A stretch of 64,000 nucleotides of DNA from the NCBI GenBank assembly GCA_024275145.1, contig JAJRZR010000044.1, positions 863 through 64,862 of the forward strand. Reading direction: 5' to 3'. Source of the DNA: Deltaproteobacteria bacterium (GTDB lineage Bacteria; Desulfobacterota; Dissulfuribacteria; Dissulfuribacterales; QOAL01). The notes beneath the pieces are model-generated. The model did no database searches. It was given only the letters and a program-made list of their open reading frames with translations, and was not told the origin of the DNA. This document shows, piece after piece, positions 27,126 to 37,642 of the stretch. The position numbers were made by a program, and so were the translations under genes. Within the stretch, counting starts at the first letter, position 1, and each line of letters opens with the position of its first letter.

Positions 27126-28183
27126 GTATTTCTATGGCCCATTTCCTGAGTAGGTGATCAGCCAGCACAAGCCTTACCATGGCCTCGCATACGGGAACTA
27201 TTCTTGGTATCGCGGATACGTCGTGTCTGCCACCTATGTTGATTTTGATCGGTTCACCGTGGGTATTGATCGTGTCCTGATCCCTTGAAATAGATGGAAT
27301 AGGCTTGATCGCCGCCCGGGCTATTACAGGCTCGCCGTTAGAGATGCCTGCCAGGATTCCCCCCTGCATTGTTGGTCAGGAAGCCTTCTGGAGTTATCGG
27401 ATCGTTGTCCTGTGAACCGAGAAGCCGTGCGGCCCTGAAACCGGCCCCTATTTCGGCCCCCTTGACCGCCCCGATGGACATGAGGGCCTTGGCCAATTCG
27501 GCATCCAATTTGTCAAAGACCGGGTCTCCCAGTCCTGCAGGTACCCCCGTGGCCATGGTTTCGACTATGCCACCTATCGAATCCCCGGAGGCTCTTGCCT
27601 CTCTGGCCCGCTCTTCCATCGTCTTTGCAGCATCCTGGTCAGGACAGAATAGCCGGTTTAGCCTTACCGCATCAAGATCCACTTGTCTGGCTACTATGCC
27701 ACCAAACTCTATGGTATACGATAGGACCTCTATGCCGCAGGTATCAAGCAGCACCTGGGCCACTGCGCCTGCTGCCACCCTTGCTGCGGTCTCCCTGCCG
27801 GATGCACGGCCACCGCCTCGATAGTCGCGGATGCCGTACCTCTTGAGGTAGGTATAGTCGCCGTGGCCTGGCCTGAATACATCCTTTATGGCATCATAGG
27901 AACGGCTCCTTGCATCCTTGTTTTCTATCAAAAGGCAGATTGGAGTCCCGGTAGTCATACCTTCAAAGACACCAGAGAGTATCCGTACCTTGTCCGGTTC
28001 CTTCCTAGGGCTTTCGGTTATGCCGCCCTTGCCTGGTCGCCGTCTGTCCAGTGCCTCCTGTATCACGGACTCATCAAGTGGAAGACGGGGGGGGCAACCA
28101 TCAATGACGGCGCCAATGGCGGGGCCATGGGACTCCCCCCAGGTAGTGACCCTGAAAAATGATCCAAAGCTGTTTCCTGGCAT
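27118..28183 (-). pseudogene. aroC: Chorismate synthase, split by a +1 frameshift in a G6 (plus-strand C6) run at 27359-27364
   Basis: The N-terminal ORF ends ...FLTNNAGG then goes out of frame. The second ORF continues [12 protein letters not shown]. Removing one G restores [15 protein letters not shown]. Confidence 0.85.
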
Positions 28184-28198
28184 TGTTCCCTATCCCTT

Positions 28199-28792
28199 TT
28201 AAGAAGGATCTGTTTCCCGTTTGGCAATCCTGGCGATCCAAGCGGCAATTCCTTCTGGATCCTTGCCGGTCGTATCTACAGCGAAGTGGGAAAATCTTTG
28301 GTATAGGGGGATCCTTGTCTCTAGGACCGTTCTTATCTCCTCTTCAAGATTCCTCCCGGAAGAAAGAGCAGGTCTCTGTTCGCCGGACTTTTCATCCGCC
28401 CTTATACGCTCAATTATATCCTGTGGCCTGGCCGTTAACCATATGACCAGGGCATTTTCCTTGACGGATGCCATAAGGTCTTGATGAAGCACTGCCCCGC
28501 CACCACAGGCGATGACCGTATCCTGGCAGGAGTGTGAAAGTTCCTTGAGGGCCTTGGCCTCGAGTGACCTGAAACGTTCCCACCCATCCTGCTTGACCAT
28601 GCCTGCAATGGTATTCCCGGCCCGATCCTGTATGAAGGCATCGAGGTCGATGAACCCGTAACCCAGTCTCCCGGCCAGTATCCTTCCAACCGTGGTCTTA
28701 CCCGTGGCCCTGTAGCCTATAAGGAAGATGTTTCGGGGGCGGGAAGGTCTTTCCATAGGCTCCAGAAGCCAGGGAATGATTTCTTTACGCAT
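28199..28792 (-). CDS. aroK: Shikimate kinase
   Basis: NIFLIGYRATGKTTVGRILA P-loop. The true start is probably the internal Met at 28756. Confidence 0.85.
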   Translation of the reverse strand: MRKEIIPWLLEPMERPSRPRNIFLIGYRATGKTTVGRILAGRLGYGFIDLDAFIQDRAGNTIAGMVKQDGWERFRSLEAKALKELSHSCQDTVIACGGGAVLHQDLMASVKENALVIWLTARPQDIIERIRADEKSGEQRPALSSGRNLEEEIRTVLETRIPLYQRFSHFAVDTTGKDPEGIAAWIARIAKRETDPS

Positions 28793-29988
28793 TCAGGGTC
28801 CTTTATGATGATGCCGGGCACCTTTCTGCCCGCCACGGCAAAGGACATGGCAATCCTGTGATCGTCGTAGGTTTCAATGACAGCACCATGTAAAGGCACC
28901 TGGCCCTTTATTGTGAGTCCGTCTGCCATTTCCTCAACCAATCCACCCATTCGTCTGAGTTCCGATGCCACTGCCTTAAGCCGGTCCGTTTCCTTGATCC
29001 TGAGGTGGGCCACGTTCTTTATGACCGTAGTTCCCCTGGCAAAGGCCGCAACAATCGCAAGGGTGGGAACCATGTCAGGCCATCGTGACATGTCTATCTC
29101 TATGGCCTTGAGTTCCTTTCCCTGGACTGGTCCGTGAACGGTGGTACCATTGGGGCCCTTGTGCACCCTGCATCCCATCATTTCCAGTATGTCCACAAAG
29201 GAAGCGTCACCCTGGAGTGCCTTTTCCCCTATGTTTTCCACCGTGAGACCGAAACCACCTATGGCCGCTGCTGCCCAGAAGTAAGATGCGCTCGATGCAT
29301 CCCCTTCCACCTGGTATTCCGTAGGCCTGTAACCCGTTGCAGACACTATGAACCGTTCTCCATCCTCCACGACATCCGCGCCAAAGGCCTTCATTACGGC
29401 AAGGGTTATGTCAACATAGGGCCTTGAAACCAGTGGGCCGTCCAGTTCAATTACCGAGGAGGACCGGGCACAAGGCGCAACCAGAAGCAGGGAGGAGAGA
29501 AACTGGCTGCTCTTTGCCCCAGCTATTCGGGTTTTCCCACCTGGCAGTCCCTGACTTGATATCCTGACCGGCGGGCACCCTGTGTCCTCGATGCCTTGAG
29601 CATCTATGCCCCATTTCCCCAGGGCATCCAAAAGGGGCTGGACCGGTCTTTCGGACATTCTTTCCGTGCCTGTGAGGGTCACGGTGCCCCGTCCAAGGCC
29701 TGCAACCGATGTCATGAACCGGATGCCTGTGCCATTGTTTCCCATGAAGATCTCTTGTCCAGACAGTTCTATTTGGCCCCCTCGGCCCTGGACATTCCAG
29801 ATATTGCCACCCGATGAGGTCTTTATCCCCACGGCCCTAAGGGCATCTGTCAACAATCGGGTGTCCTCGCTCTCGAGGGGTCCCGCAAGCCTGCTTGTAC
29901 CAGTAGCAAGGGCGGCCGTCACCAGGGCCCGCTGGGTTATGCTTTTTGATCCTGGCACCCTGATTCTATGTACCGATGTCATGGGCAT
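28717..29988 (-). CDS. aroA: 3-phosphoshikimate 1-carboxyvinyltransferase (EPSP synthase)
   Basis: VPGSKSITQRAL, LGNNGTGIRF-like and DHRIAMSFAVAG motifs. Confidence 0.9.
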   Translation of the reverse strand: MPMTSVHRIRVPGSKSITQRALVTAALATGTSRLAGPLESEDTRLLTDALRAVGIKTSSGGNIWNVQGRGGQIELSGQEIFMGNNGTGIRFMTSVAGLGRGTVTLTGTERMSERPVQPLLDALGKWGIDAQGIEDTGCPPVRISSQGLPGGKTRIAGAKSSQFLSSLLLVAPCARSSSVIELDGPLVSRPYVDITLAVMKAFGADVVEDGERFIVSATGYRPTEYQVEGDASSASYFWAAAAIGGFGLTVENIGEKALQGDASFVDILEMMGCRVHKGPNGTTVHGPVQGKELKAIEIDMSRWPDMVPTLAIVAAFARGTTVIKNVAHLRIKETDRLKAVASELRRMGGLVEEMADGLTIKGQVPLHGAVIETYDDHRIAMSFAVAGRKVPGIIIKDPECVKKSFPGFWSLWKDLPAPETSSL

Positions 29989-30004
29989 CCTTCATTATCG
30001 TGGT

Positions 30005-30832
30005 TCATGTTCTTGTCCCTCTGAGCGCCTTTTCCATGGCAGCCACTGGGGCTGGTTGCCATGTCCACAGCTCAAACTGGGCTACGGCCTGTAGAAGCAG
30101 CATTCTGAGGCCGTTTATAGTCCTGCATCCTGCCTTGGCTGCCTCCCTGAGAAGGGCTGTCTCAAGCGGGGAGTAGACGATATCCATCACGCATTCAAAC
30201 CTTGGGAGTATGTTGGCAGGCACGGGCAGTTCCTTGTCGTTGGGCGCCATTCCTACCGGCGTGGTGTTGATCAGAATAGAGGCATCAATATCCTCCCATC
30301 CTTCAAGACCAGACCACGTGGCATCGCAGATTTCAGCAATCCGCCTGGCCTTTTCAGGTGTCCTGTTAGCGATATGGACCTTGACCCCCTTGTCTGCAAG
30401 TCCCACGCATATAGCCCTGGCAGAACCGCCTGCCCCTATTACCAGGGCCTTTTTCCCTGCAAGCTCAATGGTCTCTTCCAGTGCCTTGGTGGCACCTATC
30501 CAGTCCGTATTGGCCCCCGCAAGCCTTTCGCCCTTGTTTATCACCGTATTGACCGCGCCTATCCTGCCTGCCACGGGGTCTATTTCGTCAAGCAAGGGAA
30601 TTATCGCCTCCTTGTGGGGGATGGTGACCGAAAGACCCTTGAGGCCAAGGGCCTTGACCCCTGAAATGGCCCCCTTGAGGTAGGTGACGTCAAAGGCAAG
30701 ATAGATGGCATTGGTGCCGCTTGCCCTGAATGCGGCGTTGTGCATGGCCGGGCTCAGGCTGTGCGAGACAGGATGCCCGATGATTCCATAGAGGGATGTA
30801 GATGTGTCGGGTAACCAGGATGCCATTTTCAC
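30005..30832 (-). CDS. aroE: Shikimate dehydrogenase
   Basis: LYGIIGHPVSHSLSPAMHNAAF, GLSVTIPHK, VIGAGGSARA. Confidence 0.9.
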   Translation of the reverse strand: MKMASWLPDTSTSLYGIIGHPVSHSLSPAMHNAAFRASGTNAIYLAFDVTYLKGAISGVKALGLKGLSVTIPHKEAIIPLLDEIDPVAGRIGAVNTVINKGERLAGANTDWIGATKALEETIELAGKKALVIGAGGSARAICVGLADKGVKVHIANRTPEKARRIAEICDATWSGLEGWEDIDASILINTTPVGMAPNDKELPVPANILPRFECVMDIVYSPLETALLREAAKAGCRTINGLRMLLLQAVAQFELWTWQPAPVAAMEKALRGTRT

Positions 30833-30834
30833 AC

Positions 30835-32772
30835 CTATTTGTCCGATTGGATCTTTGCCTTCACCCAGTTAAGCAGGCTTCCAGAGGCCAGTATCAGCCT
30901 GTCCCTGTCAGAAAGCTCCAGCCTGGCCTGGATGGGGTCTCCCTGGTCGATTTTGATGGTGACACTATCGGCACCCGAAAGAACCGCCTGCCTGATACCC
31001 GGAATCACTATCCTGGTATCCTGGGTTATGCGGTCGTAGTCCCTGGGGTCGGCAAAGGTCAACGGAACAATCCCAAAGTTGATGAGATTCGCCTTGTGTA
31101 TCCTGGCAAAGCTTTTTACGAGTTTTGCCCTTACGCCAAGGAAGCGCGGGGCGAGTGCCGCATGTTCCCTCGATGAGCCCTGTCCATAATTTTCCCCTCC
31201 CACCACGATGACCGATGATTGTTCCTGCGCCTTTTGGGGAAAATCAGGATCCACGGAGGAAAATACGTATTTGCTTATCGCAGGTATGTTACTCCTGAGT
31301 GGAAGTATCTTGCTCCCTGCAGGCATGATGTGGTCAGTGGTTATATTGTCCCCTACCTTTAACAGTATCACTGCCTCCAAATCCTCTGGAAGTGGGTCGA
31401 AATCAGGCAGAGGCTTGATGTTTGGCCCCCTGACGATCTCTATATCAGTGCCATCTTCCGGTGGTGGTATTATGCCGTTATCGTTTACGATAAAGGAATC
31501 AGGATAGGAAAACCTCGGCGCCTCCCCTAGATCCCTTGGGTCGGTGATCTTGCCAGTGATGGCGGAGGCGACCGCCGTCTCGGGGCTGCAAAGATAGACC
31601 TGGTCGTCCCTGGTGCCGCTCCTGCCTGGAAAGTTCCTGGTAAAGGTCCTCAGGGAGATGGTCCCGGTAGCCGGCGCCTGTCCCATGCCTATACAACCCA
31701 GGCAGCCGCACTGGTGGATCCTTGCCCCGCTGTGATACAGCCTCTTCATTGCACCTTCTATATCTGCATTTTCAAGTACCTGCCTGCTTCCAGGATTTAT
31801 CTCAAAGCTTACGGTCCTTGAAATCTCGTGGTTTCCAAGCACCTGGGCTGCCATGACGATATCCCGGTAGGAGGAATTGGCGCAGCTTCCAATTATGACC
31901 TGGGCAACCGGTCGGCCCGCCACTTCCTTTACCGGTACCACGTTGTCCGGGGAGGAAGGACAGGCTATCATCGGCTCAAGTGCAGATAGGTCGATGGAAA
32001 CGACATCGCAATAGGCCGCATCCCTGTCGGCGTTGAGCTTGCTCCAGGCATCGCCCCGTTTTTGTCCCTCCAGGAAGCCTTTAGTGATATCGTCTGAAGG
32101 GAAGACCGTCCCCGTTGCCCCAAGTTCTGTTCCCAGGTTGGCTATTGCACCACGGTCGGTGGCCGACAAGGTTGCCACCCCGGGTCCGAAGTATTCTATT
32201 ACCTTCCCAACCCCTCCCTTGACACTGAGCCGTCTGAGCAATTCAAGGATTACATCCTTCGCCGAGACCCAAGGCCCTAGCCTTCCGGTAAGTTCCACCC
32301 CTAGGACCTCTGGCATCCTCAAGTAGAAAGGTTGCCCGGCCATTGCCATGGCCACGTCAAGTCCTCCAGCACCTATGGCAAGCATCCCCAGTCCTCCGGC
32401 AGTAGGGGTATGACTGTCTGAACCCAGCAAGGTCTTTGCCGGGATGGCGAACCTTTCGAAATGAACCTGGTGGCAGATTCCATTGCCCGGCCTGGAAAAA
32501 TAGATTCCGTATCTGGCGGCAATCGATTGTAGGAAACGGTGGTCATCGGCATTCCTAAAGTCTGTTTGAAGGAGATTGTGATCCACATAGCTTACGGAAA
32601 GCTCGGTCTGTACCTTAGGAATGCCAATGGCCTCGAATTCCAGATAGGCCATGGTCCCTGTGGCATCTTGGGTGAGTGTCTGGTCGATGTGGATAGCGAT
32701 CTGATTGCCAGGTGTCATCTCGCCTTCCACCAGATGGTTGGCTATGATTTTTTCAGTTGCAGTCAAACCCAT
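30835..32772 (-). CDS. Aconitase-family hydratase, ~645-aa single-chain (Aquifex-type putative aconitate hydratase)
   Basis: KIIANHL...IDQTLTQDATGTMAYLEFEA, GSDSHT, GSCANSS, plus a swivel domain with GENYGQGSSREHAA. Confidence 0.75.
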   Translation of the reverse strand: MGLTATEKIIANHLVEGEMTPGNQIAIHIDQTLTQDATGTMAYLEFEAIGIPKVQTELSVSYVDHNLLQTDFRNADDHRFLQSIAARYGIYFSRPGNGICHQVHFERFAIPAKTLLGSDSHTPTAGGLGMLAIGAGGLDVAMAMAGQPFYLRMPEVLGVELTGRLGPWVSAKDVILELLRRLSVKGGVGKVIEYFGPGVATLSATDRGAIANLGTELGATGTVFPSDDITKGFLEGQKRGDAWSKLNADRDAAYCDVVSIDLSALEPMIACPSSPDNVVPVKEVAGRPVAQVIIGSCANSSYRDIVMAAQVLGNHEISRTVSFEINPGSRQVLENADIEGAMKRLYHSGARIHQCGCLGCIGMGQAPATGTISLRTFTRNFPGRSGTRDDQVYLCSPETAVASAITGKITDPRDLGEAPRFSYPDSFIVNDNGIIPPPEDGTDIEIVRGPNIKPLPDFDPLPEDLEAVILLKVGDNITTDHIMPAGSKILPLRSNIPAISKYVFSSVDPDFPQKAQEQSSVIVVGGENYGQGSSREHAALAPRFLGVRAKLVKSFARIHKANLINFGIVPLTFADPRDYDRITQDTRIVIPGIRQAVLSGADSVTIKIDQGDPIQARLELSDRDRLILASGSLLNWVKAKIQSDK

Positions 32773-32808
32773 TAATATTTCTCCAATCTTGCTATGTCCT
32801 TCTTTAAA

Positions 32809-33037
32809 CCCAAATTATGCAAGTCGCAAGTTTACTAAAGATGCCAAGCAAAGGAGGCGTAGAACGTACTTTGGTACCTCATGACATCGCCAGTAGATTT
32901 GGTGAAATTGCAAGCCCCTTGTAACTTCAAATGTCTAACAAATTTGATCGGATTCCAAGGTGCCGTCCAAATAAATATCTATAGGTGCTCATAACGCTTT
33001 AAAAAAATGTCCGGCACTTGGAGTGTATAATTTAGCC
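32809..33037 (-). repeat. Full-length copy (inverted orientation) of the structured intergenic repeat family
   Basis: Begins CCCAAATTATGCAAGTCGCAAGTTTAC, matching the rc of the tail of copy 42455-42709. Ends ...CACTTGGAGTGTATAATTTAG, the rc of the head. Confidence 0.6.
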
Positions 33038-33495
33038 TGATCCTGCCTCTGGACCGTATCTTCCCGTCCTTGTGGTGCGGCATCACTATACGGGCGGGGC
33101 CGCATGAAGGTTTGGGTTGAAGGCCCCATATATTACAGCAAACTTGACACTGAGCAAATAGGACTGATAATAAAACATATAATATGAGAGGGGGAACTGG
33201 TATTTTTTGTTAGCTGGGTTTTTTGATTTCGATAAGGGTGTCTCTAAAAAAACCTTCATGCAACCCGTACCTAAGGATGCCCTTCCCAGTAACCGACTAC
33301 AGGGTTATTGCTAAAAATTGTAAAAGTTCTTGATCCATATGCGGTTACAGGCGTACATATCCAAGGCGGAAGGCACGCAGACATGCTATCCCCGTACCTG
33401 AAGTGTATGACTACACGGTAGATGTATGTCCTGTGATTGCATGCTTTTACATGTATACCAGGGGTTCATCTAAAACGCCTATCCAGGAGGAAAAA

Positions 33496-33951
33496 ATGGT
33501 AGAGATTAAGAAGATTGTGTATCCTATTGATTTTACAGAAAATTCTGAAAAAGTTTTGCCCTACGTGAAATTGATGGTGGAAAAGCTTGGGGCCGATCTG
33601 GATATCGTCCACGTGGTAAAGAGCGCAGAGGAGTTCGCAGGCTACGAAATGGGAGCGGCCCTTTATACCACTTGGGAGAAGGAATTGACCGAGGGCGCCC
33701 AGAAGGCGATGGAAAGATTTGTCGAAGAGCATATGTCAGACATGAAAAACGTGGGTACCTCCGTTTTGTTAGGTGATCCGGTAGAGGAAATAGTAGATTA
33801 CGCCAAGAAGAACAATATAGGGTTGATCGTCATCGGCACCCACGGAAGAAAGGGGCTTGAAAGGATCCTGTTCGGCAGCGTAGCAGAGGGTGTTGTAAAA
33901 AATGCACCATGTCCTGTGTTGAGTGTCAATCCATTTAGGCTTCCTTCCTAG
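33496..33951 (+). CDS. Universal stress protein (UspA family)
   Basis: KKIVYPIDFTENS...LIVIGTHGRKGLERILFGSVAEGVVKNAPCPVL. GGAGGA RBS before the ATG at 33496. Confidence 0.85.
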   Translation: MVEIKKIVYPIDFTENSEKVLPYVKLMVEKLGADLDIVHVVKSAEEFAGYEMGAALYTTWEKELTEGAQKAMERFVEEHMSDMKNVGTSVLLGDPVEEIVDYAKKNNIGLIVIGTHGRKGLERILFGSVAEGVVKNAPCPVLSVNPFRLPS

Positions 33952-34264
33952 GTCCTTATGCCTGCCACGGGCTGTTTGTACAGGCGGCTCCAGGCATGAA
34001 GATACAACTAGAGGCCTCTGAAAAATTTCCCCTTTTGTCCGGTAGCCGCGTCGATACCGAGTGGATATGCCCTCATGCGTTCCAGGTATGCTGCGCCTTT
34101 TCGCCTTCTCGACGCCCTGCTCTCGAACGAAACAATTACTTTTCAGGGGTCTCTCCTTTTGATGTCCAACATTCCCAGTAATAAGATCCAAGGGCCCGTT
34201 GTTTCCAGGAATCCGTTCATCCTTCCAAGGAAAGGCCCTATAGCTTACCGTTCTATTTAGGCCT

Positions 34265-36907
34265 TTGTCTGGCACCTTAGATAAAATACACCCTTCTACT
34301 ATAATCACCGCCCACTTGAATGCAGATTTTGATGCGCTTTCATCGGCATTTGCGGCAAGCAAGCTCTATCCCGATGCGGTTATAGTCCTTCCTGGTTCCC
34401 AGGAGAGAGGCCTGCGGGAGTTTTTTTTGAGATCAGGAGGTTATTTTATAGATGTAAAGAAGATGAAGGATGTGGATTTGGATCGTCTAAAGCGCCTGGT
34501 GATTGTGGATACGAAGCAGAAGGGCAGACTTGGTCCGCTGGCAGAGCTTGTAGACAGGCCCGGCATAGAACTCCATGTCTTCGACCATCATCCATCTGCC
34601 CCAGGCGACATAGAGGCGGCGCAGACCGTCTTCAGGCCTGTTGGGGCAAACGTAACCATCATGGTAGATCTCTTGAGAGACAAGGGGCTTCCCATAGGCC
34701 CGGACGAGGCCACTTTCTTGGCCCTCGGTATATATGAAGATACAGGTTCCTTCACCTTCAATTCTACTACCCCGGATGACCTGCGGGCGGCTGCCTGGTT
34801 GCTGGAGAAGGGTGCAGACCTCAAGACCATATCCGAGCTCCTGGGACACAGGTTTACCCCTGAGCACGTTGGCCTGCTCGACGATCTCTTGAGTACCGCC
34901 GCCACCTATACCATGGCAGGGATACCAATAACTGTTGCAAAGACGAGTTCCCCCAATTATGTGGAGGATTTTGCGGTGCTGGCCCATGAACTCATGGACA
35001 TGGAAAAGCTGCCGGTCGTCTTTGCCTTGGCGCTTATGGCGGAGCAGGTGTTGATAGTTGGTAGGAGTAGGATCGACGCGGTAGATGTCGGCAAGGTCCT
35101 GAGGGCACTGGGAGGCGGTGGACATCCAATGGCCGCCTCGGCCTCGCTCAAGGGTGTCACCCTTGCAGAGGCAGAGGAGATGCTTGTCTCCGAGCTTCAG
35201 CGCCAGATAGGAACACAGCCCAAGGTCAGGGACATAATGTCAAGGCCGGTGATCTCGGTAGGACCGGGAACCCCTCTATATGAGGTGCACGATGTGCTCA
35301 CCCGTTATGGGATCTCTGTGGTTCCCGTGGTTCAGGAGGGCAAGGTGATTGGCCTGATCTCGAGGCGTACGGTTGAAAAGGCCATTTACCATGGCCTTGC
35401 AAAGCTTCCTGTAACTGAATACATGGGTACAGACTTCCAGGTGGTCGGTCCCGAAGATACCTTTGACAGGGTACAGGAACTCATTATCGAAAACCGGCAA
35501 CGATTTGTCCCGGTAGTCAGTAATGGGAGGGTAACAGGGGTGATCACCAGGACAGATCTGCTCCAGATACTTGGTGGTGACCCATCCAGGCAACCAGAAC
35601 CCCTGCTTAGCGCAAGGGAGCAGCGCAGGAATATCTCATCGCTTCTCAGGGAGAAGCTCCCGGGTCATCTACTCGATTTGCTCAGGACTGCAGGGGAAGT
35701 GGCGGAGCAGATGGGGTGCCAGGTGTATGTGGTTGGCGGGTTTGTGCGGGATTTGTTGTTAAGGAGGCAGAATTACGATATCGATCTGGTGGTTGAAGGT
35801 GACGGCATTGCCTTTGCCGAGAGGTTTGCGGAGAGATACGGAGGTAAGGTGCGTGCCCATGAAAAGTTCGGTACCGCAGTGGTGATATTGCCGGACGGAT
35901 TCAAGGTGGACGTCGCAACTGCCCGCCTTGAGTATTATGAATACCCTGCTGCAATGCCCACGGTTGCCCTTTCTTCCATAAAGCTTGACCTCTTTCGGAG
36001 GGATTTTACCATCAATACCCTTGCCGTGAAGCTCAATCCCAAGGAATTCGGGTTGATGATCGATTTCTTTGGCGGCCAGAGGGACATAAAAGACAGGATA
36101 ATAAGGGTGCTCCACAGCCTTAGCTTCGTGGAGGATCCGACCAGGGTCTTCAGGGCCGTTCGCTTTGAACAGCGTTTTGGGTTCAGGATCGGCAAGCACA
36201 CACTCAGGCTTATCAAAAATGCGGTTTCCCTGGATATATTTTCCAGGCTTTCCGGCAAAAGGCTCTTGACCGAATTGCGTCTCATACTGGAAGAGCAAGA
36301 TCCGAGGCCGGTTATAAGGCGCATGGCCCAGCTCGACCTGCTGAGGGCCGTGCATCCAGCCATCCGGTATACCACAAGGTTACGGAAGGTGCTCAATCGT
36401 ACATATGATGTCCTGACCTGGTATGAACTCCTCTACCGAACCGAGAGACCTGAAAAGTGGATGGTATACCTGATGGCGCTTCTGTCTCAGCTTAAGAAGG
36501 GGCAATTGAAAGAGGCACTTGATAGGTTGGGGCTTTCTGGACGAAGGTATGTTATATTTACGGAAGGGGTTTTCAGTGGGCTTGCGGCCTTGGACTATTT
36601 GACCAAAAAGATAAGCTTGAGGCCAAGCCAGGTCTTCTTGTCACTAAGAGAACTCAAACTGGAGGTGCTCCTCCATCTCATGGCCCGAACGGATAGCGAG
36701 CAGGCGAGGCATAGGATCTCCAGGTTCATAACGGAATTCAGGCGGGTAAGGCCGATACTTTCCGGCAAGGATCTAAAGGCCCTGGGGCTTGAACCTGGCC
36801 CGGTATTTCGCCAGATATTGGAGCGACTCAGGCTTGAAAGGCTCGACGGAATGATCAAGACGAGGACGGATGAGATATCCCTCGCCAGGTCCTATCTCAA
36901 GGCATGA
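34265..36907 (+). CDS. DHH/DHHA1 - CBS pair - poly(A) polymerase/CCA-adding nucleotidyltransferase multidomain protein
   Basis: HLNADFDALSS (DHH), GGGGH (DHHA1), two CBS motifs, VYVVGGFVRDLLL...DIDLVV nucleotidyltransferase head. Confidence 0.75.
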   Translation: MSGTLDKIHPSTIITAHLNADFDALSSAFAASKLYPDAVIVLPGSQERGLREFFLRSGGYFIDVKKMKDVDLDRLKRLVIVDTKQKGRLGPLAELVDRPGIELHVFDHHPSAPGDIEAAQTVFRPVGANVTIMVDLLRDKGLPIGPDEATFLALGIYEDTGSFTFNSTTPDDLRAAAWLLEKGADLKTISELLGHRFTPEHVGLLDDLLSTAATYTMAGIPITVAKTSSPNYVEDFAVLAHELMDMEKLPVVFALALMAEQVLIVGRSRIDAVDVGKVLRALGGGGHPMAASASLKGVTLAEAEEMLVSELQRQIGTQPKVRDIMSRPVISVGPGTPLYEVHDVLTRYGISVVPVVQEGKVIGLISRRTVEKAIYHGLAKLPVTEYMGTDFQVVGPEDTFDRVQELIIENRQRFVPVVSNGRVTGVITRTDLLQILGGDPSRQPEPLLSAREQRRNISSLLREKLPGHLLDLLRTAGEVAEQMGCQVYVVGGFVRDLLLRRQNYDIDLVVEGDGIAFAERFAERYGGKVRAHEKFGTAVVILPDGFKVDVATARLEYYEYPAAMPTVALSSIKLDLFRRDFTINTLAVKLNPKEFGLMIDFFGGQRDIKDRIIRVLHSLSFVEDPTRVFRAVRFEQRFGFRIGKHTLRLIKNAVSLDIFSRLSGKRLLTELRLILEEQDPRPVIRRMAQLDLLRAVHPAIRYTTRLRKVLNRTYDVLTWYELLYRTERPEKWMVYLMALLSQLKKGQLKEALDRLGLSGRRYVIFTEGVFSGLAALDYLTKKISLRPSQVFLSLRELKLEVLLHLMARTDSEQARHRISRFITEFRRVRPILSGKDLKALGLEPGPVFRQILERLRLERLDGMIKTRTDEISLARSYLKA

Positions 36908-36982
36908 GGTCCCCTGCCATCGTTCATCAGATGCCTGCCTTACCTGAGGTTCTTTGTATATAAAGTAAACAGAAACCGGGAT

Positions 36983-37630
36983 ATGATTGACATTGCAGAA
37001 ACCATACAGAAAATTGCCATACTGACACCGCCCATCCTGATGGCGGTCACTGTCCATGAGATGGCCCATGGATGGGTCGCATACAGGTTAGGGGACCCAA
37101 CGGCAAAGGCCATGGGAAGGCTCACGCTCAATCCCTTGAAGCATCTGGATCTTTGGGGAACCTTGGCCTTTTTTATCACGCAGGCCATAGGTTGGGCAAA
37201 GCCCGTACCTGTGAATCCTGCCTATTTCAAGAATCCAAAGGTGGATATGATATGGGTATCCCTTGCCGGGCCAGCGGCAAATATACTGCTCGCCATTGTC
37301 AGCGCGGCTATTCTCAGGCAAACCATATGGCCCCTGAGCCTTTGGTTGCAGTCCTCTGGGTATATCCTCAGGCCACTTCTCTATATGGCCTATGTGAGCA
37401 TACAGATCAACCTGGGCCTGGCGGTTTTCAACCTGATTCCGATTCCGCCTCTTGACGGTAGCAAGATCTTTATGGGACTGCTTCCCAGGAATTTTGCAAT
37501 ACAATACAGCAGACTCGAACCATACGGCTTCCTGCTCATATTGGCCTTGATCTTTACAGGGGCCATACACCGGATTATAGTCCCGCTGATTTTTTCTTTG
37601 AATCATATCCTTATTGGAAATATTCTCTAA
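36983..37630 (+). CDS. M50 site-2-protease-family zinc metalloprotease
   Basis: HEMAHG motif and NLIPIPPLDGSK. Confidence 0.8.
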   Translation: MIDIAETIQKIAILTPPILMAVTVHEMAHGWVAYRLGDPTAKAMGRLTLNPLKHLDLWGTLAFFITQAIGWAKPVPVNPAYFKNPKVDMIWVSLAGPAANILLAIVSAAILRQTIWPLSLWLQSSGYILRPLLYMAYVSIQINLGLAVFNLIPIPPLDGSKIFMGLLPRNFAIQYSRLEPYGFLLILALIFTGAIHRIIVPLIFSLNHILIGNIL

Positions 37631-37642
37631 GGCAGGTCTTAG

